Positions 55,633 to 64,000 of a stretch of 64,000 nt of DNA are shown here, one piece after another. Location: the NCBI GenBank assembly GCA_018713435.1, contig DVOS01000057.1, positions 2,450 through 66,449 on the forward strand, in the 5' to 3' direction. How positions within the stretch are numbered: position 1 is the stretch's first letter; the number at the start of each line of letters is the position of its first letter. The notes beneath the pieces were generated by a model. It had not been told where the DNA came from. It ran no database searches and was given only the letters and a program-made list of their open reading frames with translations. This DNA is from Candidatus Merdiplasma excrementigallinarum (GTDB taxonomy: Bacteria > Bacillota > Clostridia > Lachnospirales > Lachnospiraceae). Made by a program: the position numbers and the translations under genes.

Positions 55633-57306
55633 TCAGCCCTGAATTACCCGGGTCGCCCACACCGCGTCTGAACCGATGCCGGTAATGACAATACCGGTTT
55701 TGGTAGACTGGGCGTGGATTACCTGTCCGTCTCCGATATACATGGAAACGTGGTACACATAGCCGTTTTTCGCATAAAAGATCAGGTCTCCCGGTTCCGC
55801 CGAGGATACAGGGATCTGCATCCCGTATCCCGCCTGGGCTTCCGCCACCCGGGGAATATAATATCCGAAATTCGCGTAAATACTCTGGGTAAATCCGGAA
55901 CAGTCGCAGCCGTTTGTCAGGCTGGTTCCGCCCCACACATAGGGATTTCCCAGGAACTGGAAAGCAAAATTTACAATCTCGCTTCTCACCATGGCCGTCT
56001 GGTCCGCCTGGCGCACAGAAGTCAGGGTATAATAGCAGGCCGCATTGTCCTCCGGCTCCACCAGCACTTCTGCCAGGGTCATGTTGTTCTCCCCGGCGCT
56101 CTCCACTGCCCCGGACGCTCCCGCTCCCGTCAGCAGGCTGGAGGCCCGGACATAGCCTCTGGCGTTTCCGGACTCCACATACACCCATTCCTTGCCCTCA
56201 TCAGCCAGGATATAGCACAGTCCTCCCTCCGGAAGAGATCCCACCGCTCTGGCGGAATCCTGTCTGGACTCCCGGATGCTCAGATCCTCTTTTGCCACCG
56301 CATATACTTTGGCTGCCATCACCTCATACACGGTGGTATGGGTGTGGGTATAGGCGCTGTTCTCCGTTCTGGCCAGGGTCAGCCTAGCTGTGGGCAGGTT
56401 TGCCTCTCCCTTTACCTTCACCAGCCGTTCTGCCGTATCGCCTGTGGCCAGTTCCTCCTGGGGGATATAGCCCCTTACATTGGCGGATTCCACATACACC
56501 CAGCCATTGCCCTCATCCTCCAGAATGTAGCAGAGGCCGTAGTAATCCATGACTCCCACCTGCCGGGAATCCCGGGATGTTTCCTCGTACACGGAAGCGC
56601 CTTCCGGGTTTTTCACTACGCCGTATACTTTTTCCACCTGCACAAAGCGAAACTCCAGCGCAATATCCGGAGGCGTCACAATATTCTGACGGGCAATCAG
56701 CTCTTCATTGGAAATCCCCCGGTCCGTCTCGCTCTCTTCCTCTTCCGTTTCTTCCTCAATCAGTTCCTCTGTCTCGGTTTCGGTTTCTGTTTCTGTCTCC
56801 GTTTCCGTCTCGGTCTCCGCTTCCGTCAGGCCGCTTTCGCTCTCTGTAACAGTCTCTGACCCGCTCTCCCCCTCTGTAACCGTCTCGGAAGGAACCGTCT
56901 CGGACTCTCCCCCGGGCGTCTCAGAGGGAACGGTCTCAGATCCCCCTTCTGTCTCCGTGGAGGGAACCGTCTCGGAGGGCGTCGTCTCAGAAGGCGGTGT
57001 TGTCTCAGAGGGCGGCGTTGTCTCAGAAGGCGGTGTCGTCTCCGGCGCAGGAGTCGTCGGCTCCGTAGGCGGATTCGTCACAGGTTCCGTGGGGGGATTT
57101 GTGGGCGGCTCCGTGGGGGCCTCTGTAGGCGGATTTGTGGGCGGTTCCGTAGGCGGCTCTGCAGGCTTCGTTTCCGCTGTAGTACTAGCCTGCGTCTCTG
57201 TCTTCGGCTGCTCCTTTTTTCCCTCCTCTGCCTGTACAGCTGCTCCAAAACCGCTGCTCAGCATCATCACACATAATCCCATCGCTACCAGCTGTTTCTT
57301 TTTCAT
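55633..57306 (-). CDS. Secreted NlpC/P60 (C40) cell-wall hydrolase with SH3-like repeats and a long low-complexity linker
   Basis: Signal peptide. PT-rich and ET-repeat region. Two SH3b-like repeats (…GWVYVESANVRGYI…, …EWVYVESGNARGYV…). Catalytic GCDCSGF and HVSMYIGDG. Confidence 0.9.
   Translation of the reverse strand: MKKKQLVAMGLCVMMLSSGFGAAVQAEEGKKEQPKTETQASTTAETKPAEPPTEPPTNPPTEAPTEPPTNPPTEPVTNPPTEPTTPAPETTPPSETTPPSETTPPSETTPSETVPSTETEGGSETVPSETPGGESETVPSETVTEGESGSETVTESESGLTEAETETETETETETETETEELIEEETEEEESETDRGISNEELIARQNIVTPPDIALEFRFVQVEKVYGVVKNPEGASVYEETSRDSRQVGVMDYYGLCYILEDEGNGWVYVESANVRGYIPQEELATGDTAERLVKVKGEANLPTARLTLARTENSAYTHTHTTVYEVMAAKVYAVAKEDLSIRESRQDSARAVGSLPEGGLCYILADEGKEWVYVESGNARGYVRASSLLTGAGASGAVESAGENNMTLAEVLVEPEDNAACYYTLTSVRQADQTAMVRSEIVNFAFQFLGNPYVWGGTSLTNGCDCSGFTQSIYANFGYYIPRVAEAQAGYGMQIPVSSAEPGDLIFYAKNGYVYHVSMYIGDGQVIHAQSTKTGIVITGIGSDAVWATRVIQG
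56722..57219 (-). repeat. In-frame coding low-complexity and tandem repeats inside the P60 gene
   Basis: Encodes PPTEPPTNPPTEAPTEPPTNPPTEP…, TTPPSE x3 and (ET)x9. Short tandem DNA repeats of 6, 18 and 24 nt periodicity are visible. Confidence 0.8.
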
Positions 57307-57474
57307 GTATCTGTCCTCTCGCTGCTAAACTGTATAATTCTGCGTTTTATACGCTATTTTTCCAGAATATCCAATTCATTATACAACAATTTGCCCTCCG
57401 CATCAATCACCTTACCGGAATTTTGCGCAATTTTCATATATCCTTTATTTTTTTCGCTTTTTAACAAGAAAAAA

Positions 57475-57503
57475 TTGCACTTCCCCGTGCCATTCGCTAT
57501 AAT
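57475..57503 (+). promoter_or_regulatory. Candidate malQ promoter
   Basis: TTGCAC, a 17-nt spacer, then TATAAT. Confidence 0.55.
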
Positions 57504-57545
57504 AGGTGAGGGTATCGTAAAGTACCCTTTTTCCATTAAATATAA

Positions 57546-57582
57546 GGGAATGCTGCAAAAAGAGTACATTTGCAGCATTCCC
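57546..57582 (+). promoter_or_regulatory. 14-bp perfect hairpin in the malQ leader; the stem is related to the palindromic repeat family
   Basis: gggaatgctgcaaa / tttgcagcattccc. Shares aagggaatgctgc with repeat copy 2. Confidence 0.45.
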
Positions 57583-57616
57583 CCCCCCATATTTGAGAAA
57601 GGACATCTGTATACCA

Positions 57617-59137
57617 ATGAATATTCCTGAAACACCCCAAAAGGAGCCCCAGCAGCGCCTTTCCGGCATCCTGGCGCATCCCACCTCCTTCCCCTCTCCT
57701 TACGGTATCGGAGATCTGGGACAGGGGGCCTATGATTTTATTGATTTTCTGGAAGCCACAGGGCAGCATCTATGGCAGGTTCTTCCCCTGGGACCCACCG
57801 GTTTCGGTGATTCCCCCTATCAGGGTTTTTCCGCCTTTGCCGGACAGCCTCTGATCATCAGTCCGGAAAAGCTGCTGGAAATGAAGCTGCTTACAGAAAA
57901 GGATCTGGAGGATATGCCTGAGTGGGATCCCCGGAAAGTAGACTACGGTCCCGTGATTGAATTTAAAACCGGCCTGCTCCGCCTGGCTTTCCACGCTTTC
58001 CACCATACCCCCGACAAGACTCTGCTGGAGGAGTTTGAGCATTTCTGCGATGAGGAGAGCGGCTGGCTGGACGATTACAGTCTGTTTATGGCGGGAAAGG
58101 ACGCCCATGAGGGCAAAAGCTGGCTGGAATGGGAGGACGATCTTATGTTCCCCACTTCCTCTGTAAGAAAAGAATGGAAAGAACAGCTGGGAGAAGAGAT
58201 TCTCTATTACCAGTTTGTACAGTTTATTTTCCAGAAACAGTGGCAGGAGCTGCGGGAGTACGCCCATGAGCATGAAGTGGAAATCATCGGAGACATTCCT
58301 ATCTTCGTCTCCCTGGACAGCTGCGATGTGTGGGCCAACAAAAAGCTGTTTCAGCTGGACACCAAGGGCTATCCTACCTGTGTGGCCGGGGTTCCCCCCG
58401 ATTATTTTTCCGCCACCGGACAGCTGTGGGGCAATCCCCTCTATGACTGGGATTACCACAAATCCACCGGATACCGCTGGTGGATTGAGCGGATCCGCCG
58501 TCAGCTGACCATGGTGGATTATCTGCGGATCGACCATTTCCGGGGCTTCGAGGCTTACTGGGCCGTGCCGGCCGGCGAAGAGACAGCTGTCAACGGCACC
58601 TGGATCAAAGGGCCCTGCGAAGATCTGTTTCTGGCCATCCAGAAGGCGCTGGGAAAAGATATCCCCATTTTCGCAGAGGATCTGGGAGTGATTACGCCTG
58701 AGGTGGAGCAGCTGCGGGATATGTTTGAATTTCCCGGCATGAAGGTGCTTCAGTTCGGGTTCGGAGATATGGACGACCGGAACTATGTGCCCCACTTCTA
58801 CACCACCACCAACTGCATCTGCTATACCGGTACCCATGACAACGATACCACCATGGGCTGGTATGAAGAGCAGCCGGAAATGATTAAGGACCGGATCCGC
58901 CGTTACGGAAATACCGACGGAAACCGGGTAAGCCTGGACTTTATCCGGTTCTGCATGGGGTCCATCGCCCGCTACGCCATCTTCCCCATCCAGGATCTGC
59001 TGGTGCTGGGCAGCGAGGCCAGGATGAATACCCCCGGCGTTGCCGCCGGCAACTGGAGTTTCCGCTTTGAAAAGGAAGATCTGACGGAAGAGCGGAAAAA
59101 ATGGCTGGCCGCTACCACCCAGCTGTATAACCGGTAA
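57617..59137 (+). CDS. malQ: 4-alpha-glucanotransferase (amylomaltase)
   Basis: Start at MNIPETPQ (ATG 57617). GILAHPTSFPSPYGIGDLG and LRIDHFRGF motifs. Confidence 0.92.
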   Translation: MNIPETPQKEPQQRLSGILAHPTSFPSPYGIGDLGQGAYDFIDFLEATGQHLWQVLPLGPTGFGDSPYQGFSAFAGQPLIISPEKLLEMKLLTEKDLEDMPEWDPRKVDYGPVIEFKTGLLRLAFHAFHHTPDKTLLEEFEHFCDEESGWLDDYSLFMAGKDAHEGKSWLEWEDDLMFPTSSVRKEWKEQLGEEILYYQFVQFIFQKQWQELREYAHEHEVEIIGDIPIFVSLDSCDVWANKKLFQLDTKGYPTCVAGVPPDYFSATGQLWGNPLYDWDYHKSTGYRWWIERIRRQLTMVDYLRIDHFRGFEAYWAVPAGEETAVNGTWIKGPCEDLFLAIQKALGKDIPIFAEDLGVITPEVEQLRDMFEFPGMKVLQFGFGDMDDRNYVPHFYTTTNCICYTGTHDNDTTMGWYEEQPEMIKDRIRRYGNTDGNRVSLDFIRFCMGSIARYAIFPIQDLLVLGSEARMNTPGVAAGNWSFRFEKEDLTEERKKWLAATTQLYNR

Positions 59138-59151
59138 GAGGAGGTTCTGTC

Positions 59152-59892
59152 ATGATTCGACTGATTTTGGCTCTGCTGTCCGTAACCATTTTTCTGATCC
59201 TGGGCATCCCTGTGCTGGGCATTCTGTGGCTGGTGAAAAAATGGAAGCCTATGGCCGCGGATCTGTGCGCCCTGCGGATGGTACAGTGGATTTTGAAAGT
59301 GATGCTGTTTTTCTGCGGTGTAAAGGAAACGGTGATCGGTGAGGACCGGATCCCACGGGACCAGGCTGTCCTCTATATCCTCAATCACCGGAGCTACTTT
59401 GATATTATTACAACCTATGCCCGGGTTCCCCGCCGCACCGGCTACATTGCCAAGAAAGAACTGCGCAAAATCCCTCTGGTGCCCCTGTGGATGAAACGGC
59501 TTTACTGCCTGTTTCTGGATCGGGACGACATCAAGCAGGGACTGCAGACGGTACTGACGGCTATCCAGCAGATCAACTCCGGCATTTCCATGGCTGTGTT
59601 CCCGGAAGGCACCAGAGGAAAAGGCGAGACGGAAGCGGATATGCTCCCCTTCCATCAGGGTACTTTCAAAATCGCCCAGAAAACCGGCTGTCCCATTGTC
59701 CCGGTGTGCATCAGCAATTCCTCTGCTATATTCGAGGATCATTTCCCCCGGGTAAAGGCCGTCCATGTGGTGATCGAGTACTGCGAGCCTGTTTATGTGA
59801 ACCTGCTCTCCCCGGATGAGAAAAAGCATCTGGCGGAATACGTGCAGGAGATTATGCGCGAGAAGCTGGTGAAAAACAGAGAACTGGTATAA
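59152..59892 (+). CDS. plsC: 1-acyl-sn-glycerol-3-phosphate acyltransferase
   Basis: 246 aa. NHRSYFD (HX4D) and FPEGTRG motifs. Confidence 0.88.
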   Translation: MIRLILALLSVTIFLILGIPVLGILWLVKKWKPMAADLCALRMVQWILKVMLFFCGVKETVIGEDRIPRDQAVLYILNHRSYFDIITTYARVPRRTGYIAKKELRKIPLVPLWMKRLYCLFLDRDDIKQGLQTVLTAIQQINSGISMAVFPEGTRGKGETEADMLPFHQGTFKIAQKTGCPIVPVCISNSSAIFEDHFPRVKAVHVVIEYCEPVYVNLLSPDEKKHLAEYVQEIMREKLVKNRELV

Positions 59893-59968
59893 AAAAACTT
59901 CCGGGCATCCGGTGCGCAGGGGGCAATACCCCTTAGCCCTGTACCGGTTCTGGCGGGAATGACACATA

Positions 59969-60006
59969 GGGAGAGGATCGGCTCCAGGCCCTCCTCTCCC
60001 GTTTTA
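59969..60006 (+). terminator. Terminator hairpin after plsC
   Basis: gggagagga / tcctctccc form a 9-bp stem, followed by GTTTTAT. Confidence 0.5.
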
Positions 60007-60021
60007 TGTGTCCGCAAAGCT

Positions 60022-60465
60022 TTATTTCACCGTTACCGTCCCGTCTTCTGCCACAGTGACCGTCATATCATCCTTTACATAAGAGAGAAATTCTTCCCCC
60101 AGCGAATCAATCACGGGCATACTCACATCCTCCAGCCATACATCCGCCAGTATGGCGCCCGCCGCCGCCAGGGAATCAATAGGCTCGGAAAAGAGCATAC
60201 AGGCAGGCTGACGGTGCATGGAGCAGGCACAGTAGAGCACCAGGCCGCCGGTGGTGGAGCCGATGGTACAGGGAAGGCAGAGGGCCTTGCCCGCCATCTG
60301 TTTGCCGTAGAGATCCGGATTATTCTGATCTCCGCAGGTAGCCTTTTTATCTCCGAACTGGAGCGCTTTCTGGAAAGAGGCCAGCGTATTCAGGCCCCCG
60401 TGGCTTACCAGTGCCGGGGCGGTAACCGTTCCAGGAGAAACGACTCTTCCTTTAAATGTTTTCAT
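60022..60465 (-). CDS. Aconitase X swivel-domain small subunit (DUF126)
   Basis: 147 aa. MKTFKGRVVSPGTVTAPALV…GKALCLPCTIGSTTG pattern as I recall for DUF126. ATGA overlap with the large subunit. Confidence 0.75.
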   Translation of the reverse strand: MKTFKGRVVSPGTVTAPALVSHGGLNTLASFQKALQFGDKKATCGDQNNPDLYGKQMAGKALCLPCTIGSTTGGLVLYCACSMHRQPACMLFSEPIDSLAAAGAILADVWLEDVSMPVIDSLGEEFLSYVKDDMTVTVAEDGTVTVK

Positions 60466-61736
60466 TTTCTTACACCTCCCGTAATCAGCGCAAGAATCTG
60501 CGCGTCTGTATAATATCTGGCGCTGGTATAGGTGCGCAGCTTGTTGCTGGAGGTAATCACCGGCATACTGCCGCAGAGAGGATTGTTCATATACATCAGC
60601 GGACAGATATAAGAAAGAATGATCCCCGTGTCCTTCATCCGGGCTCCGTACTCGGTCTTTTCAAACTCTTTGATCACAGCGGGAGCCGCGGTAAATACAG
60701 TGGGAATGACCACCTTGTTCTGCCCTGTTTTTTCCAGTCCTTTCTCCACCCGTTTTGTCCAGGTGATCAGCTGGTTGAGGCTCATATGGGGGCATCCCAT
60801 AAAGCACAGCTTCGGTTTTGCGTTTTTCTTTTTCCAGATCACGGGATAGCTTTTATAAATCCGCTCCAGTTCCCCGTCGTCAATCACATAGGTCTTTGCG
60901 CCTTCTTTAATCAGATCCCGGCCCTGCTGCACTGCCTCAGGCGTAATCCCCTCCACATGGTACAGGCCCACCGCACCGTTGGAGGCTGTGGCAGCGCCGA
61001 AATCCTTCAGGTAGGTTTTCGCGTCCTCATCCAGGGTTTTCAGCCACTGGTCCAGTCCCACAATGTAGGGCACATCCTCCATGACCTTCATGCCGATGGC
61101 AGAGCCCAGCAGCTGGGCTTCCGGCTTTTTGGAGGTTTTAATCTCCACAATCCAGTCTGCCCTCCGGCCTTCATCTGTCAGCAGGCCGAACCGGGGCACA
61201 TAGCCCAGCACAGATCCCATCAGGTCAATAATGCCCGAATTGCGGTTGCAGCGGGCTCCCAGCACCGAGTTGGCGTAAACCACCGCGGAAGATTCGGACC
61301 AGGAAAGAACCTCTCCCTGTTTTGGCACATTGCCCACCTCATCCATGTAGCAGGTGCAGGTAAAGGCATCCGGATCCATCAGTCCCAGTTTCCTAAGCTG
61401 TTCTTCATACTGCTCCTGGCTGGTGTACATGAAATGGCGGAACACAATGTTCTGCAGAAACGAACTGGGCACATTGGGATCCAGGGGCCTGGGGTCAGCG
61501 GAAAATTTCTGTTTTGAAAACGCGGATTCCCGAATCAGCTGGTCAAGCAGATCATACACCGGCGTCAGCGCCTTCAGTCCGAAGGAGGTTACCAGATGAT
61601 TATAACGGCTGGTAACCGGCACCATGGCGTCCGCTCCGAACAGTTCCCCGTAGCGCATCATCGTGTAAAGTACTTTTTTCTGGGTCTCCCCCTTTTTGCC
61701 GTCCAGGACGGCCTGTAATTCCTCATTTAACTGCAT
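60462..61736 (-). CDS. Aconitase X catalytic large subunit (DUF521)
   Basis: Start at MQLNEELQ (ATG 61736, GGGAGGA 6 nt upstream). Paired with the DUF126 gene. Family call from memory. Confidence 0.75.
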   Translation of the reverse strand: MQLNEELQAVLDGKKGETQKKVLYTMMRYGELFGADAMVPVTSRYNHLVTSFGLKALTPVYDLLDQLIRESAFSKQKFSADPRPLDPNVPSSFLQNIVFRHFMYTSQEQYEEQLRKLGLMDPDAFTCTCYMDEVGNVPKQGEVLSWSESSAVVYANSVLGARCNRNSGIIDLMGSVLGYVPRFGLLTDEGRRADWIVEIKTSKKPEAQLLGSAIGMKVMEDVPYIVGLDQWLKTLDEDAKTYLKDFGAATASNGAVGLYHVEGITPEAVQQGRDLIKEGAKTYVIDDGELERIYKSYPVIWKKKNAKPKLCFMGCPHMSLNQLITWTKRVEKGLEKTGQNKVVIPTVFTAAPAVIKEFEKTEYGARMKDTGIILSYICPLMYMNNPLCGSMPVITSSNKLRTYTSARYYTDAQILALITGGVRK

Positions 61737-61762
61737 GTTCATTCCTCCCATCAAAATCCGAA

Positions 61763-63817
61763 CTAAATCGCCATAGCGGTTTCATAGGCCCGCCAGATTA
61801 CGGAACGAAGATTTCCCACCTGCCGGCAGTCCCCCACCAGATGGATATGCCTTCCCGGTTTTGTCAGGGGCGCCGGTATATAGCCGGCGGAGCTGATGAC
61901 AGAGTCGCAGGGGATTTCCGTTTCCTTCCCCGTCTTATCCCTGCAGACAATGCTTCCTTCCTTTACTTCCTTCAGTGTGGTTTCCAGATAAACCGGAACT
62001 TCATGGAGAGCAAACCATTCCCGCAGATAGGAGCTGTTGGCCAGGCATACGCCCTTCTGGCTGATCAGGTCATCCTTCATCTCCACAATCACAGGCTGCT
62101 TTCCCTGCAGAGCCAGTTCGTAGGCGATCTCACATCCGGTCAGTCCGCCTCCCACCACAGCGACTTTCTCACCCACCGGAGTGCCGGTCAGGTACTGGCA
62201 GGCCTCGATCATCCTTTCATAACCGGGCACCTGTTTTAAAAACCGGGGAGCGGCTCCCGTGGCAACCACAATCTCCTGCCCCTGGAAACGGCTCAGGTCC
62301 CGGATCTCCGTGTTCAGATGGACTTCTATGCCCAGCTGCTCCATCTGCCGGCGGTACCAGGCCAGCAGATCCCGCAGTTTTCCTTTATAGGATTCGGCGC
62401 TGGCGGCAATGAAGGTGCCTCCCAGCTCCCCGCTCTTTTCGTAAATCACCGGTTCATGGCCCCGCAGTTTCAAAACCCTGGCCGTTTCCATGCCGCCGAT
62501 ACCCCCTCCGATGACAGCCACCTTCCTGGGAGAGCCGGTCTTTTTGATATAGTGCTTTCCGGTCTGCATGGTCTCCGCATTGACAGCGCAGCGGGCCAGA
62601 TGCAGGCTGTCCAGAAGATCCTGATCGTTAGGTACCCCCTTATAATGGCACATGTTAAAGCACCCGTTATGGCACAGGATACAGGGTCTGATGTCTTCAG
62701 GCCGATCCTCCATAAGCTTGGTGACCCAGGCCCGGTCCGCCAGGAAGGGCCTGGCAAATCCGGCTCCGTCCAGCCGCCCGGCCGCGATGGAGGCAGCCGC
62801 CGTCTCCGGGTTCAGCCGGCCGGCGCAGACAACGGGAATATCCACAAACTGTTTAATATGCTCCACATCCTCCAGGTTGCAGTTTTCCGGCATATAGATA
62901 GGGGGATGGGCCCAGTACCAGGCATCATAGGTTCCGTTGTCGCAGTTGAGCATATCGTATCCCGCATCCTGCAGGTATCTGGCCGCCTTCTCAGACTCTG
63001 CCATATCCCGGCCTGCCTCGGTATACGCCTCACCCGGCAGCGCCCCCTGCCGGAAGCCTTTTGTCTTGGAAATCACGCTGTAGCGCAGGGACACCGGGAA
63101 ATCTTTCCCGCAGACCTTTTTAATCGCCTTTACAATCTGGACCGCAAACCGGTACCGGTTTTCCATGGAGCCGCCGTACTCGTCGGTACGCCGGTTTACA
63201 TATTTCAGGGTAAACTGGTCCAGCAGATAGCCTTCGTGCACCGCATGGATCTCCACTCCGTCCACGCCCGCTTCTTTCAGCTTTTTTGCGGTTTTGGCAA
63301 AAGCAATGACAAATTCGTGAATCTCCTCTTTGGTCATCTCCCGTGAAGGCACCTTGTCCGACCAGCGGTTGGGAGAGGGGCTGGCAGAGGCCGTGATCTT
63401 GTCCAGATCCATCACCGGCTTTGACAGCACCCGCAGCGCTTTGTTGGTATACAGCATCTCCATCATTTTGCTGATGGTAAAGGATCTGCCGAACCCTGCC
63501 GTCAGCTGCACGAACAGTTTGGCTCCGGTTTTATGAAAGGCCGGCATCCATCGGGCCAGGTCCCGGTACATTTTATCGTTTTTGTACAGCCACTGGCCGA
63601 ACATGGGATTGTAAACCGGCTGACAGCCAGGCAGTATCAGGCCCACATTATTCTGGGCTGCCTCCATAATGAAGTTGGCCCCTTCTTTGTCAAAATGATT
63701 TTTCTCCATCCATCCGAACAGATCCGTTCCTCCCATGGACGTCATCACAATCCTGTTTTTAATCTCACAGTTTCCGATTTTCCATGGCGTAAATAAAGGT
63801 TCCAGTTTTTTATCCAT
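61763..63817 (-). CDS. Two-domain NADH:flavin oxidoreductase of the 2-enoate reductase / 2,4-dienoyl-CoA reductase family (OYE-like FMN barrel, Fe-S, FAD/NAD(P) domain)
   Basis: 684 aa. N-terminal PWKIGNCEIKNRIVMTSMG, Cys cluster CILCHNGCFNMC, Rossmann motifs VAVIGGGIGG and VAVVGGGLTG. Confidence 0.85.
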   Translation of the reverse strand: MDKKLEPLFTPWKIGNCEIKNRIVMTSMGGTDLFGWMEKNHFDKEGANFIMEAAQNNVGLILPGCQPVYNPMFGQWLYKNDKMYRDLARWMPAFHKTGAKLFVQLTAGFGRSFTISKMMEMLYTNKALRVLSKPVMDLDKITASASPSPNRWSDKVPSREMTKEEIHEFVIAFAKTAKKLKEAGVDGVEIHAVHEGYLLDQFTLKYVNRRTDEYGGSMENRYRFAVQIVKAIKKVCGKDFPVSLRYSVISKTKGFRQGALPGEAYTEAGRDMAESEKAARYLQDAGYDMLNCDNGTYDAWYWAHPPIYMPENCNLEDVEHIKQFVDIPVVCAGRLNPETAAASIAAGRLDGAGFARPFLADRAWVTKLMEDRPEDIRPCILCHNGCFNMCHYKGVPNDQDLLDSLHLARCAVNAETMQTGKHYIKKTGSPRKVAVIGGGIGGMETARVLKLRGHEPVIYEKSGELGGTFIAASAESYKGKLRDLLAWYRRQMEQLGIEVHLNTEIRDLSRFQGQEIVVATGAAPRFLKQVPGYERMIEACQYLTGTPVGEKVAVVGGGLTGCEIAYELALQGKQPVIVEMKDDLISQKGVCLANSSYLREWFALHEVPVYLETTLKEVKEGSIVCRDKTGKETEIPCDSVISSAGYIPAPLTKPGRHIHLVGDCRQVGNLRSVIWRAYETAMAI

Positions 63818-64000
63818 AATATCCCTCCCTTGAGTTTTGATTTTTCAATGTAATCAGAAATCCAAACAAAATCCCGGCCACAAAATATTTGATTTTCGGC
63901 TGGTCTTTTTTCTCTGCTTCCTCATATTTTTCCATACACGCCGCAGAGCAGAATTTCATCCGGCTGCCTATTTTTTTACCGCAGTACAGGCATCTTTTTT
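63810..64000 (-). CDS. Small zinc-ribbon plus one-TM protein; partial, N-terminus outside the window
   Basis: My own translation is …KRCLYCGKKIGSRMKFCSAACMEKYEEAEKKDQPKIKYFVAGILFGFLITLKNQNSREGYYG, then stop. The stop overlaps the reductase start codon region. Confidence 0.4.
   Translation of the reverse strand, partial: KRCLYCGKKIGSRMKFCSAACMEKYEEAEKKDQPKIKYFVAGILFGFLITLKNQNSREGYYG

Noticed and set aside
56722-57219. Possible CRISPR-like or non-coding tandem array
   Set aside because: The repeats are short, in frame and inside a continuous ORF with a signal peptide upstream and SH3 and P60 domains downstream. There are no spacer-like unique segments or cas genes.

Overview
All calls come from reading the sequence and the supplied ORF track; no searches were run. 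Coordinates of small motifs may be off by 1-2 nt.

The window looks like a chromosomal segment of a moderately GC-rich Firmicutes/Clostridia-type anaerobe. This is an inference from gene content: HprK, ROK glucokinase, FtsH, VanW, NlpC/P60 with SH3 domains, microcompartment genes, AGGAGG-type ribosome binding sites. About 60 of roughly 65 genes are on the minus strand and tightly packed. I saw no rRNA, tRNA, CRISPR array, transposase or integrase.

**Main finding (1-16970).** The left 17 kb is an accessory catabolic island. It contains a bacterial microcompartment (BMC) operon that runs off the left edge:
- three EutN-type vertex proteins, one BMC-H and one PduT-like BMC-T
- a PduS-like Fe-S flavoprotein
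- a CoA-acylating aldehyde dehydrogenase and PduL
- a class II aldolase with a C-terminal encapsulation-type helix

Adjacent to it are a DeoR regulator, MtnA-type isomerase and MtnK-type kinase paralogs, a ribose-type sugar ABC importer, a DhaK/DhaL kinase pair and a FucU mutarotase. I read this as a microcompartment-enclosed, DHAP-shunt-like pathway for a 5-deoxy-pentose or related deoxy sugar.

**Rest of the window.** Mostly housekeeping genes:
- RNA modification and regulation: rsmF-like, trmL, aminotransferase with an Lrp regulator
- central functions: hprK, glucokinase, uvrC, ftsH, pyrG, cobT, pyk, malQ, plsC
- transport and signalling: a heterodimeric ABC exporter with TetR, and a two-component system

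Among these are smaller items worth a second look:
- an XRE plus short HipA-like kinase pair
- an AT-rich islet with a truncated TetR and an amber-interrupted pyruvate-kinase-like gene lacking the C domain
- a J-domain protein with a cysteine-string tail, in an operon with two uncharacterised proteins
- an AcnX (DUF521/DUF126) dehydratase operon led by a large enoate-reductase-like flavoenzyme
- a family of palindromic intergenic repeats
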